Positions 1 to 7,652 of a stretch of 45,160 bases of DNA are shown here, one piece after another; position 1 is the stretch's first letter; each line of letters begins with the position of its first letter. The stretch covers positions 1-45,160 of the forward strand of contig JANMLN010000012.1 in the NCBI GenBank assembly GCA_031372565.1, written 5' to 3'. Source of the stretch: Gemmatimonadota bacterium. GTDB taxonomy: Bacteria > Gemmatimonadota > Gemmatimonadetes > Gemmatimonadales > Gemmatimonadaceae. The notes beneath the pieces are model-generated. The model was not told where the DNA came from and made no database searches. It worked only from the letters and a program-made list of their open reading frames with translations. The position numbers and the translations under genes are program-made.

Positions 1-772
1 GCGCGATCGGCGGCGCATTCTTCTTGCCCTTCAGGTACTCCACGACGACGAGCTTGGGGTCCTGCGGCGTTCCCTGCGCGACCGAGAGGAACGACCCGCA
101 GCCGAGCTTCTCGAGCTCCTTGCGCCCGAGGACCGTGACCGGAAGGTCGTACCGTGAGCCGATCTCCTTGGCGGTATCGGCGAGATGCTGCGGCGTGCAC
201 AGGTTGCCCGGCATCATGGCCAGCGTGCGCGCGATCGTCTGGCCGTGACCCAGTGCTTCGCCGGCCGCGAACGCGGCCTTGGCCTTCTTGGCATCCGCGA
301 CCACGACCATGGCCTGCGCGAGCGCGGGCCGGCGATCGGCCTCCGGTACCGGCGTCTTGAGGTCGGCGTACTCCCACGGGCCCGCCATCAGCCCCGCGAC
401 GATCGCCTCGAGCTCATAGCCCGCTGTGATCCCGGGCGCATGAAAGGCGAGCGCCGGGACGCCTAGGGCCTTGGCGCGCCGCGCGGCCAACGAGGCGGCG
501 CGACGATACGCCATCACCCGGTGCGCAGGCACGCCGGTCCCCACCAGGAGGACGCGACGACTTCCCTTGTCGCCGCCGGTCAGGTGCAGGACCTCGTCCC
601 GCGCCCCGCGAAACTCGCGGGCGCTGATGGCACGGGCGATCACGCCCCCCATCGCTTTGTCGAGGGTCGCCGTGATCCGGCCAATCCCAGTGGTCGGGCC
701 CAACGCGATCACCGCGAGCGGCGCGGCAAGGATCGCACCTTCGGCATCGTGCAACGTCACGGACACAGACAT
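1..772 (-). CDS. pepA: Leucyl aminopeptidase (M17 family), 3' part runs off the window
   Basis: Own translation of the minus frame from ATG at 772: MSVSVTLHDAEG...FRGARDEVLHL...ARTLAMMPGNLCTPQHLADTAKEIG...ELEKLGCGSFLSVAQGTPQDPKLVVVEY. The PGN-x-TP and G-x-GS-x-L-x-V-x-QG segments are typical of PepA. Absent from the ORF track because there is no stop codon in the window. Confidence 0.9.
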   Translation of the reverse strand, partial: MSVSVTLHDAEGAILAAPLAVIALGPTTGIGRITATLDKAMGGVIARAISAREFRGARDEVLHLTGGDKGSRRVLLVGTGVPAHRVMAYRRAASLAARRAKALGVPALAFHAPGITAGYELEAIVAGLMAGPWEYADLKTPVPEADRRPALAQAMVVVADAKKAKAAFAAGEALGHGQTIARTLAMMPGNLCTPQHLADTAKEIGSRYDLPVTVLGRKELEKLGCGSFLSVAQGTPQDPKLVVVEYLKGKKNAPPIA

Positions 773-800
773 GAGGCGGATGAGCTGCGGGAGTGGGTGA

Positions 801-836
801 CGGACCCCGCGTGCCGCCATCGGCACGAGGGGTCCG
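801..836. other. GC-rich intergenic hairpin between icd and pepA
   Basis: CGGACCCC-g-CGTGCCG-ccat-CGGCACG-a-GGGGTCCG inverted repeat. No clear U-tract. Confidence 0.5.
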
Positions 837-853
837 GCGTGCGGCGAGGTCGA

Positions 854-2086
854 TCAGGCCATGCCGTCGATGATGGCATCGGCGAAGCCGGAGGTGCTCA
901 CTTCGGTGGCGCCCGGCATCTGGCGCGCAAGATCGTACGTGACGGTCCCCTTCGCGATGGCGCGCTCGATGCCGCTCACGATCAGCCGCGAGACCTCGTT
1001 CCAGCCGAGATACTCGAACATCATCACGCCGGAGAGAATCACCGAACCCGGGTTGATCTTGTTCAGCCCCGCGTACTTGGGCGCGGTTCCGTGCGTTGCC
1101 TCGAAGACGGCGAGGCCGTCGCCGATATTGGCGCCAGGCGCAATCCCGAGGCCGCCCACCTGCGCAGCGGCAGCATCAGAGATGTAGTCGCCATTGAGGT
1201 TCGGGGTCGCCAGTACCGAGTAGTCCGCGGGCCGCAGCAGCAGCTGCTGGAACATCGAGTCGGCGATCCGGTCCTTGATGATCACCTTGCCACCCGCGCC
1301 CTCGGGGCCGACGTCGTTCTCGGCGATCACCTCGTTCGCGAACTTCTCCTTGGCCAGTTCGTACCCCCAGTCGCGGAACGCCCCTTCGGTGAACTTCTGG
1401 ATGTTCCCCTTGTGGACCAACGTCACACTCGGCAAGCCGTGGAGCAGCGCGTAGCGAATGGCCGCCTCGATGAGCCGCTTCGAACCGAACGCGCTCATGG
1501 GCTTGATGCCGATCGCGGAGCCCTCGCGGATCTTCTTCTTCGAGAGCTTCTCGGCGACCTGTCGGATCTCATCCGCTTCCGGCGTGCCCGCCTTGAACTC
1601 GATGCCGGAGTAGACGTCCTCGACGTTTTCGCGGAAGATCACGATGTTGACCTTCCCCGGCTCCTTCACCGGCGCGCCCACTCCCTGGAAGTACCGCACG
1701 GGCCGCACGCACGAGTAGAGCTCCAGCTCCTGCCGAAGCGCCACGTTGAGCGACCGGATGCCCCCGCCGACCGGTGTCGACAGTGGTCCCTTGATCGACA
1801 CGCGGAACTCCTTGCACGCGGCAAGCGTCTCGGCCGGAAGCCAATCGTTGAACTTCGAGAACGACTTCTCGCCGGCAAAGACCTCCATCCATGCCACCTT
1901 CCGCTTGCCGCCGAACGCCTTGGCGACCGCGGCATCAAAGACACGCACCGAGGCGCGCCAGATATCGGGACCAGTGCCGTCCCCTTCGATGAAGGGGATG
2001 ATGGGATGATCGGGCACGTGCAGGACGCCATTGGCGTAGCCGATCGTGTCGCCGGCCGGAACGATTGCGTGCTGGTAGCTGCTCAT
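854..2086 (-). CDS. icd: NADP-dependent isocitrate dehydrogenase (E. coli type)
   Basis: [71 protein letters not shown]. Confidence 0.97.
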   Translation of the reverse strand: MSSYQHAIVPAGDTIGYANGVLHVPDHPIIPFIEGDGTGPDIWRASVRVFDAAVAKAFGGKRKVAWMEVFAGEKSFSKFNDWLPAETLAACKEFRVSIKGPLSTPVGGGIRSLNVALRQELELYSCVRPVRYFQGVGAPVKEPGKVNIVIFRENVEDVYSGIEFKAGTPEADEIRQVAEKLSKKKIREGSAIGIKPMSAFGSKRLIEAAIRYALLHGLPSVTLVHKGNIQKFTEGAFRDWGYELAKEKFANEVIAENDVGPEGAGGKVIIKDRIADSMFQQLLLRPADYSVLATPNLNGDYISDAAAAQVGGLGIAPGANIGDGLAVFEATHGTAPKYAGLNKINPGSVILSGVMMFEYLGWNEVSRLIVSGIERAIAKGTVTYDLARQMPGATEVSTSGFADAIIDGMA

Positions 2087-2112
2087 CTGCGGAGTGGAAA
2101 GGTGGAGCGGGC

Positions 2113-2142
2113 AAAGTAGGGGCCGAGACAGCCTACCCTCAA
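2113..2142 (-). promoter_or_regulatory. Putative sigma70 promoter of icd
   Basis: Minus strand TTGAGG-N18-TACTTT ending 27 nt before the ATG. Same -10 hexamer as the rplU promoter. Confidence 0.45.
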
Positions 2143-2175
2143 GAGCGGGTTTCGCCCGCAGCGCCCGCTCTCCCG

Positions 2176-3144
2176 CTACGCTACCCGATCGGGCGGCTCC
2201 TCGCCAGCGAAAAAGGCGACCAGATTGGCCATCGCCCGTTCCCCCATGGCCAGCCGCGTTTCGGCGGTCGCGCTGCCAAGATGGGGCAGCAGCACCACGT
2301 TCTCGAGACCGATCAGCGCGGGATGGACGTCGGGCTCGTCCTCGTACACGTCGAGCCCCGCTCCCGCGATGTCCCGGCGTGCCAGCGCGGTGGCGAGCGC
2401 GGCCTCATCCACCACATCGCCTCGCGCCGTGTTGATCAGGAGCGCATGCGGTCGCATCTCGGCAATGGCCGCGGCGTCCATCAGATGGTGCGTGTCGGGG
2501 GTCGACGGACAGTGCAGCGACACGAAATCGCTGGCGCGCAGCAGTTCAACGAGCGACTCGCACCGGCGCACACCGGGCGCGGCCTCTGCGCCTGCCGGAA
2601 GTTGCGGGTCGAACGCCAACACCGTCATGCCGAAACCGAGCCGCGCCCGATCGGCGACGGCGCGGCCGATGCGCCCGAAGCCGACGAGGCCGAGCACCTT
2701 GCCCGTCACACGCGTGCCGAGCAGCTGCGTCGGTCGCCATCCGCTCCAGCTGCGGCTGCGGACCATGCGCTCCCCTTCACCTGCGCGGCGGGCCGCGGCG
2801 AGCAGCAGCGTCATCGTGAGGTCGGCGGTGTCATCGGTGAGCACGCCGGGGGTGTTGGTCACGACCATCCCCTGCGCCTTGGCGGCGGCGAGATTCACGT
2901 GATTGAAGCCCACGCCGAAATTCGCGAGGATGCGCGCACGTCGCGGGGCCGCAGCCAGCACCTCGGCCGTGAGCCGATCGGTCACGGTGCACAGGACGCC
3001 ATCGCCATCGCGGAGCGCCTCGATGAGCGACGCGTCCGTGGAGGGGATGTCCGTCGGGTTGAGGCGGACCTCGAACTGCGCAGACAGCTGCTGCTCCACC
3101 GGGTCGGGGAGCCGTCGTGTCACGACGATGACCGGACGAGCCAT
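2176..3144 (-). CDS. D-glycerate dehydrogenase / glyoxylate-hydroxypyruvate reductase (GyaR/GhrB-like D-2-hydroxyacid dehydrogenase)
   Basis: [61 protein letters not shown]. Confidence 0.9.
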   Translation of the reverse strand: MARPVIVVTRRLPDPVEQQLSAQFEVRLNPTDIPSTDASLIEALRDGDGVLCTVTDRLTAEVLAAAPRRARILANFGVGFNHVNLAAAKAQGMVVTNTPGVLTDDTADLTMTLLLAAARRAGEGERMVRSRSWSGWRPTQLLGTRVTGKVLGLVGFGRIGRAVADRARLGFGMTVLAFDPQLPAGAEAAPGVRRCESLVELLRASDFVSLHCPSTPDTHHLMDAAAIAEMRPHALLINTARGDVVDEAALATALARRDIAGAGLDVYEDEPDVHPALIGLENVVLLPHLGSATAETRLAMGERAMANLVAFFAGEEPPDRVA

Positions 3145-3156
3145 GCTGGTTCCCCC

Positions 3157-4326
3157 TTACGCGCGCGCGGCGCGAATCGATTCCTCGGCGGCGGCCACAC
3201 CGGCGCCCGCCACGACGGCGATTCCCGCGTCGCGCATCGCCATTTCGGCTCCCGCGATCGCGCCCATGAGCATCAGTTCATTGACGTCGCCCAGATGCCC
3301 GATCCGGAAGGCCTTGCCCGCGAGCCGGGCGAGCCCACCGCCCAACGACAGGTTGTAGTGCCGATAGGCACACTCGATGACTTTGAGGGCATCTGCGCCC
3401 TCGGGCACCATGATCGTGGTCACGGTGTTGGAGGCGGCCGTGCTGACCTGGCAGCAGGTATGCAGCCCCCACGCCGCCACAGCGGCACGGGTGGCCGTCG
3501 CGAGCCTCGCATGACGCGCGATCACCTGCGGCATCCCCTCCGCCTTGAGCAGATCGAGTGCGGCGCGGAGTCCGTGCAGCAGACCCACGGCCGGCGTGTA
3601 CGGGAAGTACCCTGTGGCGTTGGACGCGATCATCGGCCGGAGGTCGAAGAAGGCGCGCGGCGTCGTGCACTGCGCCACGCGTTCCACCGCGCGCGGCGAC
3701 AGGCAGAGGAGCCCGAGGCCCGGCGGGAGCATGAGCCCCTTCTGCGATCCGGCAATGAACGCATCGACTTTCCACTCGTCCATGCGACAGTCGATGGAGC
3801 CGACCGAGCTGACGCCATCGACGAACAGCAGCGCCGGATGGCCCGCCGCGTCCATGGCCCGCCGCACCGCGCCGATGTCGGACGTGACGCCGGTGGCGGT
3901 CTCATTGTGGACGACCAGCACCGCCTGGATCGTGTGCGCGGTATCGGCGGCGAGCGCCGCACCAATCTCCTCGGCCGGGGTGGGCATACCCCACGGGACG
4001 TCGATCGTGTCGACCTGATAGCCCAGCCGCTGCGCGGCATCGGCGAAGAGGTGGCTGAACTGCCCCTTCCGCGCGATCAGCACGCGCGCGCGCGGATCGA
4101 GGGTATTCACGAGCGCTGCTTCCCACATGCCGCTGCCAGATGCGGCGAAGATGAAGCCCTGCCCCGCAGTCGATCCGAAGACCATCGGGAGGTCCGCGAG
4201 GAGGCCGCGCACGAGGACGGGAAAGTCCGGGGAGCGGTGGTCCTCCATGTTGCGGTGCATCGCGTTCTGCACCGCCTCGGGGACGTTCGTGGGACCTGGG
4301 ACGAAGAGGTGGTTGCGGCCGGCCAT
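3157..4326 (-). CDS. sgaA: Serine-glyoxylate aminotransferase-like class V PLP aminotransferase
   Basis: Start reassigned to ATG 4326 (MAGRNHLFVPGPTNVP...EDHRSPDFP). Motifs VHNETATGVTSDI, VDGVSS, GSQKGLMLPPG, GYFPYTP and FRIGHLGD closely recall SgaA/AGT1. Confidence 0.8.
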   Translation of the reverse strand: MAGRNHLFVPGPTNVPEAVQNAMHRNMEDHRSPDFPVLVRGLLADLPMVFGSTAGQGFIFAASGSGMWEAALVNTLDPRARVLIARKGQFSHLFADAAQRLGYQVDTIDVPWGMPTPAEEIGAALAADTAHTIQAVLVVHNETATGVTSDIGAVRRAMDAAGHPALLFVDGVSSVGSIDCRMDEWKVDAFIAGSQKGLMLPPGLGLLCLSPRAVERVAQCTTPRAFFDLRPMIASNATGYFPYTPAVGLLHGLRAALDLLKAEGMPQVIARHARLATATRAAVAAWGLHTCCQVSTAASNTVTTIMVPEGADALKVIECAYRHYNLSLGGGLARLAGKAFRIGHLGDVNELMLMGAIAGAEMAMRDAGIAVVAGAGVAAAEESIRAARA

Positions 4327-4353
4327 GGGAGGAAGAGAAGGCGTCAGAGGCGG

Positions 4354-4399
4354 AAAAAAAGCGCGCGCCGCCTGCCCGCGATCGGGAAGGCGGCGCGCG
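4354..4399 (-). terminator. Rho-independent terminator after the small ORF
   Basis: CGCGCGCCGCCT...AGGCGGCGCGCG stem, followed on the minus strand by a T7 tract (plus-strand A7 at 4354-4360). Confidence 0.8.
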
Positions 4400-4414
4400 A
4401 CGAGGCGGCCTGCC

Positions 4415-4585
4415 CTAGTGCTCGGCGGTCTTCTCGACCGGCGCGAGAACGTCGTTCGGGCTGTGGTACGTCTTGGCGTGCACCGTGTAGGCGAAGCCCA
4501 CGCAGGCGATGGCGAGCAGCGTGGTGGCCGCGGCGGCCCCCCAGCCCTGCGCGTTGTTGTTGACCTTGTCCGTCGACTTCGCCAT
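4415..4585 (-). CDS. 56-aa single-pass membrane protein, not in ORF track
   Basis: MAKSTDKVNNNAQGWGAAAATTLLAIACVGFAYTVHAKTYHSPNDVLAPVEKTAEH*. GAGGA RBS upstream, GC3-rich codons, terminator directly downstream. Confidence 0.7.
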   Translation of the reverse strand: MAKSTDKVNNNAQGWGAAAATTLLAIACVGFAYTVHAKTYHSPNDVLAPVEKTAEH

Positions 4586-4677
4586 GTGCGTGCAATCCTC
4601 AAGAAGTTCGTGAAGGAAGAAGCTGTGGAAAGATGCTCGGTTCGCGGCCGCACTTCAAGCGGCGGCGGTGCCCGCGG

Positions 4678-5415
4678 TCAGAGCCAGAACTCCCAGCGCC
4701 CGGTGAGGAGCACGAAGATCGAGAGCAGCAGGTTCGTGAGTCCGTGCGCGGCGATCAGGTCGCCGAGGCTCCGGGTGTGCTGCATCCACAGGTTGTACGC
4801 GATGCCGGCGAGCAGGCCGACCTCCCAGAACGGACCGTGCTCGGCCGCGAACAACACAGCGGTGGCCACGAACGAGGTGGTGGAGAACGAGCCGATCGGG
4901 AGGGTACGGAAGTCTTTGGCGTCGAGGAACCGGGGGAGCCAGCCGCGCCAGAAGAGCTCCTCGAGAATCGGCACCAGCAGCGCGGCACGGGCGATGCGCA
5001 GGGTCAGCACGAGGACATCGCTGCGCGCCTCAGGTGCCATCGAGCTCGAGAGGGTCCCGGTCAGGCTGTTCTGGAAGAGCGGGTGCGCGCGCCATCCGGG
5101 GATGAGCAGGTCCGGGGCGACCCAGAGGGCGAAGACGCCGACGCCAACGGTGAACGTGCCGAGCGGATGCCGGAGGCGAAAATCGAGCACCGGTCGGCCG
5201 AGGGTGAGGATCGTGATGGTGAGGATGCTGACGCGCGTGATGGCATCGACGCGCGGCGCCAAGCCGAGCGACGGCATGGCGGCCAGCAGGACCATGAAGA
5301 CGGTAAACGGCGCGACCCAGGGGAGTGACGGCCAGCGTTCGTCAAAGCGCAGAGAGAAAGCTCCGTTCGGAGTGGATGGGTGCCGATCATGTGTTCTTGT
5401 GGGGCCGCAGGCCAC
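4678..5415 (-). CDS. CAAX prenyl protease-related (CPBP/Abi) intramembrane metalloprotease, PEP-CTERM-associated type; start uncertain (possibly CTG at 5352)
   Basis: VPILEELFWRGWL, LFAAEH, AHGLTNLLL (EExxxR / FxxxH / HxxxN). Also WVAPF N-terminus and GRWEFW C-terminus. Confidence 0.85.
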   Translation of the reverse strand: MACGPTRTHDRHPSTPNGAFSLRFDERWPSLPWVAPFTVFMVLLAAMPSLGLAPRVDAITRVSILTITILTLGRPVLDFRLRHPLGTFTVGVGVFALWVAPDLLIPGWRAHPLFQNSLTGTLSSSMAPEARSDVLVLTLRIARAALLVPILEELFWRGWLPRFLDAKDFRTLPIGSFSTTSFVATAVLFAAEHGPFWEVGLLAGIAYNLWMQHTRSLGDLIAAHGLTNLLLSIFVLLTGRWEFWL

Positions 5416-5540
5416 CGTGGGCCGACCCGAGGCTCAGCGAAGGTATCGGTGTCCAGGTCGAAGACCAACATTCGTCCGCGACATGTAGTAGGTTCAGGAT
5501 GGGCAACGCTCGGTCGAGTGGGCCAAATCGCCGACGGCCT

Positions 5541-5565
5541 TTGCACTGTTGCGTCAGTGCAACAG
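5541..5565. promoter_or_regulatory. Palindromic candidate enhancer (UAS) for a sigma54 activator
   Basis: TTGCACTG-N6-CAGTGCAA overlapping CTGTTGC-N6-GCAACAG. Core TGCACT-N5-GTCAGTGC recurs upstream of the second PEP-CTERM gene. Confidence 0.5.
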
Positions 5566-5652
5566 CACGATGCACGGATGCCCGAGTGTGGGGCACGATC
5601 GGGTTGGTCACGGTGCGGTAACTACAGGGAAGTAACATTAAGTCGTGCGATG

Positions 5653-5665
5653 TAAGTGCTTGTCT
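5653..5665 (+). promoter_or_regulatory. IHF-like site
   Basis: TAAGTGCTTGTCT partially matches YAANNNNTTGATW in an AT-rich patch. The same 9-mer TAAGTGCTT occurs at 28570-28578 (minus). Confidence 0.4.
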
Positions 5666-5725
5666 TAAAACGCTTTGGTAGTACGGTACGCATGTATCCA
5701 TGTGATACGCATTTCATTTCAGTAG

Positions 5726-5742
5726 TTGGCATGGTTCCTGCT
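5726..5742 (+). promoter_or_regulatory. sigma54 (-24/-12) promoter of PEP-CTERM gene 1
   Basis: TTGGCATGGTTCCTGCT = GG-N10-GC, about 80 nt before the ATG. Confidence 0.7.
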
Positions 5743-5822
5743 CATAGAGGGCCTGAAGGCATAGGTGTGCGAGACACCGGCCGATGACGGTTCCACTTCT
5801 TCCACACTTCGGAGTTTTCTAC

Positions 5823-6698
5823 ATGCGTCGCTTGCGTACCGCCGTTCTCTCTCTGGCCGCGACCTTCGTTGTCGCCGCTGGCGCGGGGGCCCAGCCGGCC
5901 AAGACGAACATGCAGTTCATCGGGCTTGGATCGCCCAGCGTCGCGGTCGGGAGCATCTCGGGTGGTGTTTACTCCGCGAAGTGGGATGGCTTGGTGGATC
6001 CGAACCCGAGCGTTCTCGTTGGTTCGAGCACGATCGACGTCGTGTGCATCGACCTGCTGAACTCGGTGTCGAGCGGCCAGACATGGACCGCCAACATCAC
6101 GAACCTCGGCAACGCGTCCGCCGACCGCACGTACCTCCGCTTCGGCGGTTACGGCGCTGCGGGTGCCGACAACTGGCTCACGCGCTACCGTGCGGTCGCG
6201 CTGCTCTCCGCGCAGCTGAAGGCCACGCCGTCGGGCAGCACGCTGCAGCTGCAGCAGCTCCACACCGCGATCTGGCGCACCATGACCGAGAAGGCGGTGT
6301 ACAACGTCCCGGTCTTCTCGAACTCGGTCTATAACGGCACGGACCAGAATTACACCGCGGGGGGCTACGGGTCCTCGACCATCTGGGGCGACCCGACTGG
6401 CGTCGGCGCAGGTGTCGTCAAGCTCATGACTGACGCCCGGAACGGTGCGATTGCGATGGCGTCGAACACCACGTTCTGGTCGCAGTTCACGGTCCTCTCC
6501 GATGTTGCGATCGCGCGGTCTGGTGTGTCGACGGGTTCCTGGTCGCCGCTGACCGGTGGCACGCAGGAGTTCATCACCTTCACGCCGGTGCCTGAGCCCG
6601 CCTCGCTCGCCCTCATGGGCACGGGCCTCGCCGCGATTGCGCTCGTCGGACGCCGCCGCAAGAGCCGCAGCACGGCGGTTGCCAAGATCAGCGAGTAA
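5823..6698 (+). CDS. PEP-CTERM sorting domain surface protein (thioester-domain-like)
   Basis: GGAG RBS, signal peptide MRRLRTAVLSLAATFVVAAGAGA, C-terminal VPEPASLALMGTGLAAIALVGRRRK. Confidence 0.92.
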   Translation: MRRLRTAVLSLAATFVVAAGAGAQPAKTNMQFIGLGSPSVAVGSISGGVYSAKWDGLVDPNPSVLVGSSTIDVVCIDLLNSVSSGQTWTANITNLGNASADRTYLRFGGYGAAGADNWLTRYRAVALLSAQLKATPSGSTLQLQQLHTAIWRTMTEKAVYNVPVFSNSVYNGTDQNYTAGGYGSSTIWGDPTGVGAGVVKLMTDARNGAIAMASNTTFWSQFTVLSDVAIARSGVSTGSWSPLTGGTQEFITFTPVPEPASLALMGTGLAAIALVGRRRKSRSTAVAKISE

Positions 6699-6719
6699 AC
6701 ACGACGATCGTCCGGGATG

Positions 6720-6753
6720 GAAAGGGCCGACCTTCTGGTCGGCCCTTTCGTTT
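6720..6753 (+). terminator. Rho-independent terminator
   Basis: GAAAGGGCCGACC-TTCT-GGTCGGCCCTTTC then GTTT. Confidence 0.85.
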
Positions 6754-6842
6754 GCCTCCACGCGCCGCTGGCGCGTTCCCGTGGTGTCCGTCTAGCTTCC
6801 TGCACGCTCAGGTTCGTTCGCGCTCACACTCGTCCCTTCCCC

Positions 6843-7364
6843 GTGCTTTCCTCGTCCGACTATCTCGATCGCCTCGCGCGTCCGGTCTATCTGATCGGCA
6901 TCCTGTTGATCCTGACGCCGCTCGCTGACTTCGTGACGAGCGTCTGGCCGATCCAGCCGACCGAGATGCGCTGGCGCTTCGCCAGCACGGCGTTGCTGGC
7001 AGGCTTCCTCTTCACGCCGCTCATCGGGTCCTTGATCACCGCGCTCATGGCGACCTTCATGGAGCAGAAGATGATCCTGCGGGTCATCGGCGTCCTGAAT
7101 GTCGTTGGCGCGGTCTTCCTCGTGATCGCGCTGGCCATCTTCGCGTTCGACACGCTGCAGCTGCGCCGCGCCGTGCCGCCCGATGCGCAGGCCTCGTTCA
7201 AGACCTCCGCCATTCGTGGTGCGCTCAAGCTGATCGTCTCGATCATCGCCACGGGGTGGCTCGGCCTCGACGCCATTCGCCTGAGCCGGACCATGGGTAA
7301 CGTGCAGGCCGCCCGTCAGAAGCCGAGAATGTCGGGCCCGATCGTCACGTCGGCGCCGCGCTAG
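6843..7364 (+). CDS. Hypothetical membrane protein, about 4 TM helices
   Basis: Four hydrophobic stretches and coding-like GC3 bias. GTG start at 6843 chosen because the longer ORF overlaps the upstream terminator. Confidence 0.75.
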   Translation: MLSSSDYLDRLARPVYLIGILLILTPLADFVTSVWPIQPTEMRWRFASTALLAGFLFTPLIGSLITALMATFMEQKMILRVIGVLNVVGAVFLVIALAIFAFDTLQLRRAVPPDAQASFKTSAIRGALKLIVSIIATGWLGLDAIRLSRTMGNVQAARQKPRMSGPIVTSAPR

Positions 7365-7396
7365 AACGCCCGCGCCACGGCGGCACGCATTGCACA

Positions 7397-7430
7397 AACG
7401 GGGGCGACCACCAGCGTGGTCGCCCCCGTT
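7397..7430. terminator. Probably bidirectional terminator between the membrane protein gene and the tRNA
   Basis: AACGGGGGCGACCAC-CAGC-GTGGTCGCCCCCGTT perfect 15-bp stem between convergent genes. Confidence 0.8.
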
Positions 7431-7441
7431 CGTTGTCTGAG

Positions 7442-7525
7442 TGCCCAGAGTGGGAGTCGAACCCACAAGAGGTTGCCCTCGGAGGATTTTGAGTCCTCTG
7501 CGTCTGCCGGTTCCGCCATCCGGGC
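7442..7525 (-). tRNA. tRNA-Leu(CAA), CCA end not encoded
   Basis: GCCCGGATGGCGGAACCGGCAGACGCA-GAGGA-CT-CAA-AA-TCCTC-CGAGGGCAACCTCT-TGTGGGTTCGACTCCCAC-TCTGGGCA. Long variable arm, T-loop GTTCGA. Confidence 0.97.
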
Positions 7526-7652
7526 TATCCCGGCCACCCCGCGCCGGAAGACAATGATCTCCTCTCACGCGCGCGGGCGCAACTGGTAGTCGCCACGCCA
7601 TCCGCGGCACCACCGTAGCCCTCCCCCCTCACCGCCCGTAGCTTTGCGCTCC

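Noticed and set aside
4326..4415. Glycine or other riboswitch/attenuator before sgaA
   Set aside because: No recognisable aptamer. The hairpin is better explained as the terminator of the small upstream ORF.
521..4563. Very long plus-strand ORFs (521..2119, 2065..4563) and similar ones elsewhere (31642..33453, 33487..35595, 37268..39682, 40956..42635)
   Set aside because: Antisense or off-frame shadows of well-supported genes in high-GC DNA. They are Arg/Gly/His-rich with no motifs.
7442..7525. tRNA-Leu as an integration site for a genomic island
   Set aside because: No integrase in the window, and I saw no duplicate of the tRNA 3' end.
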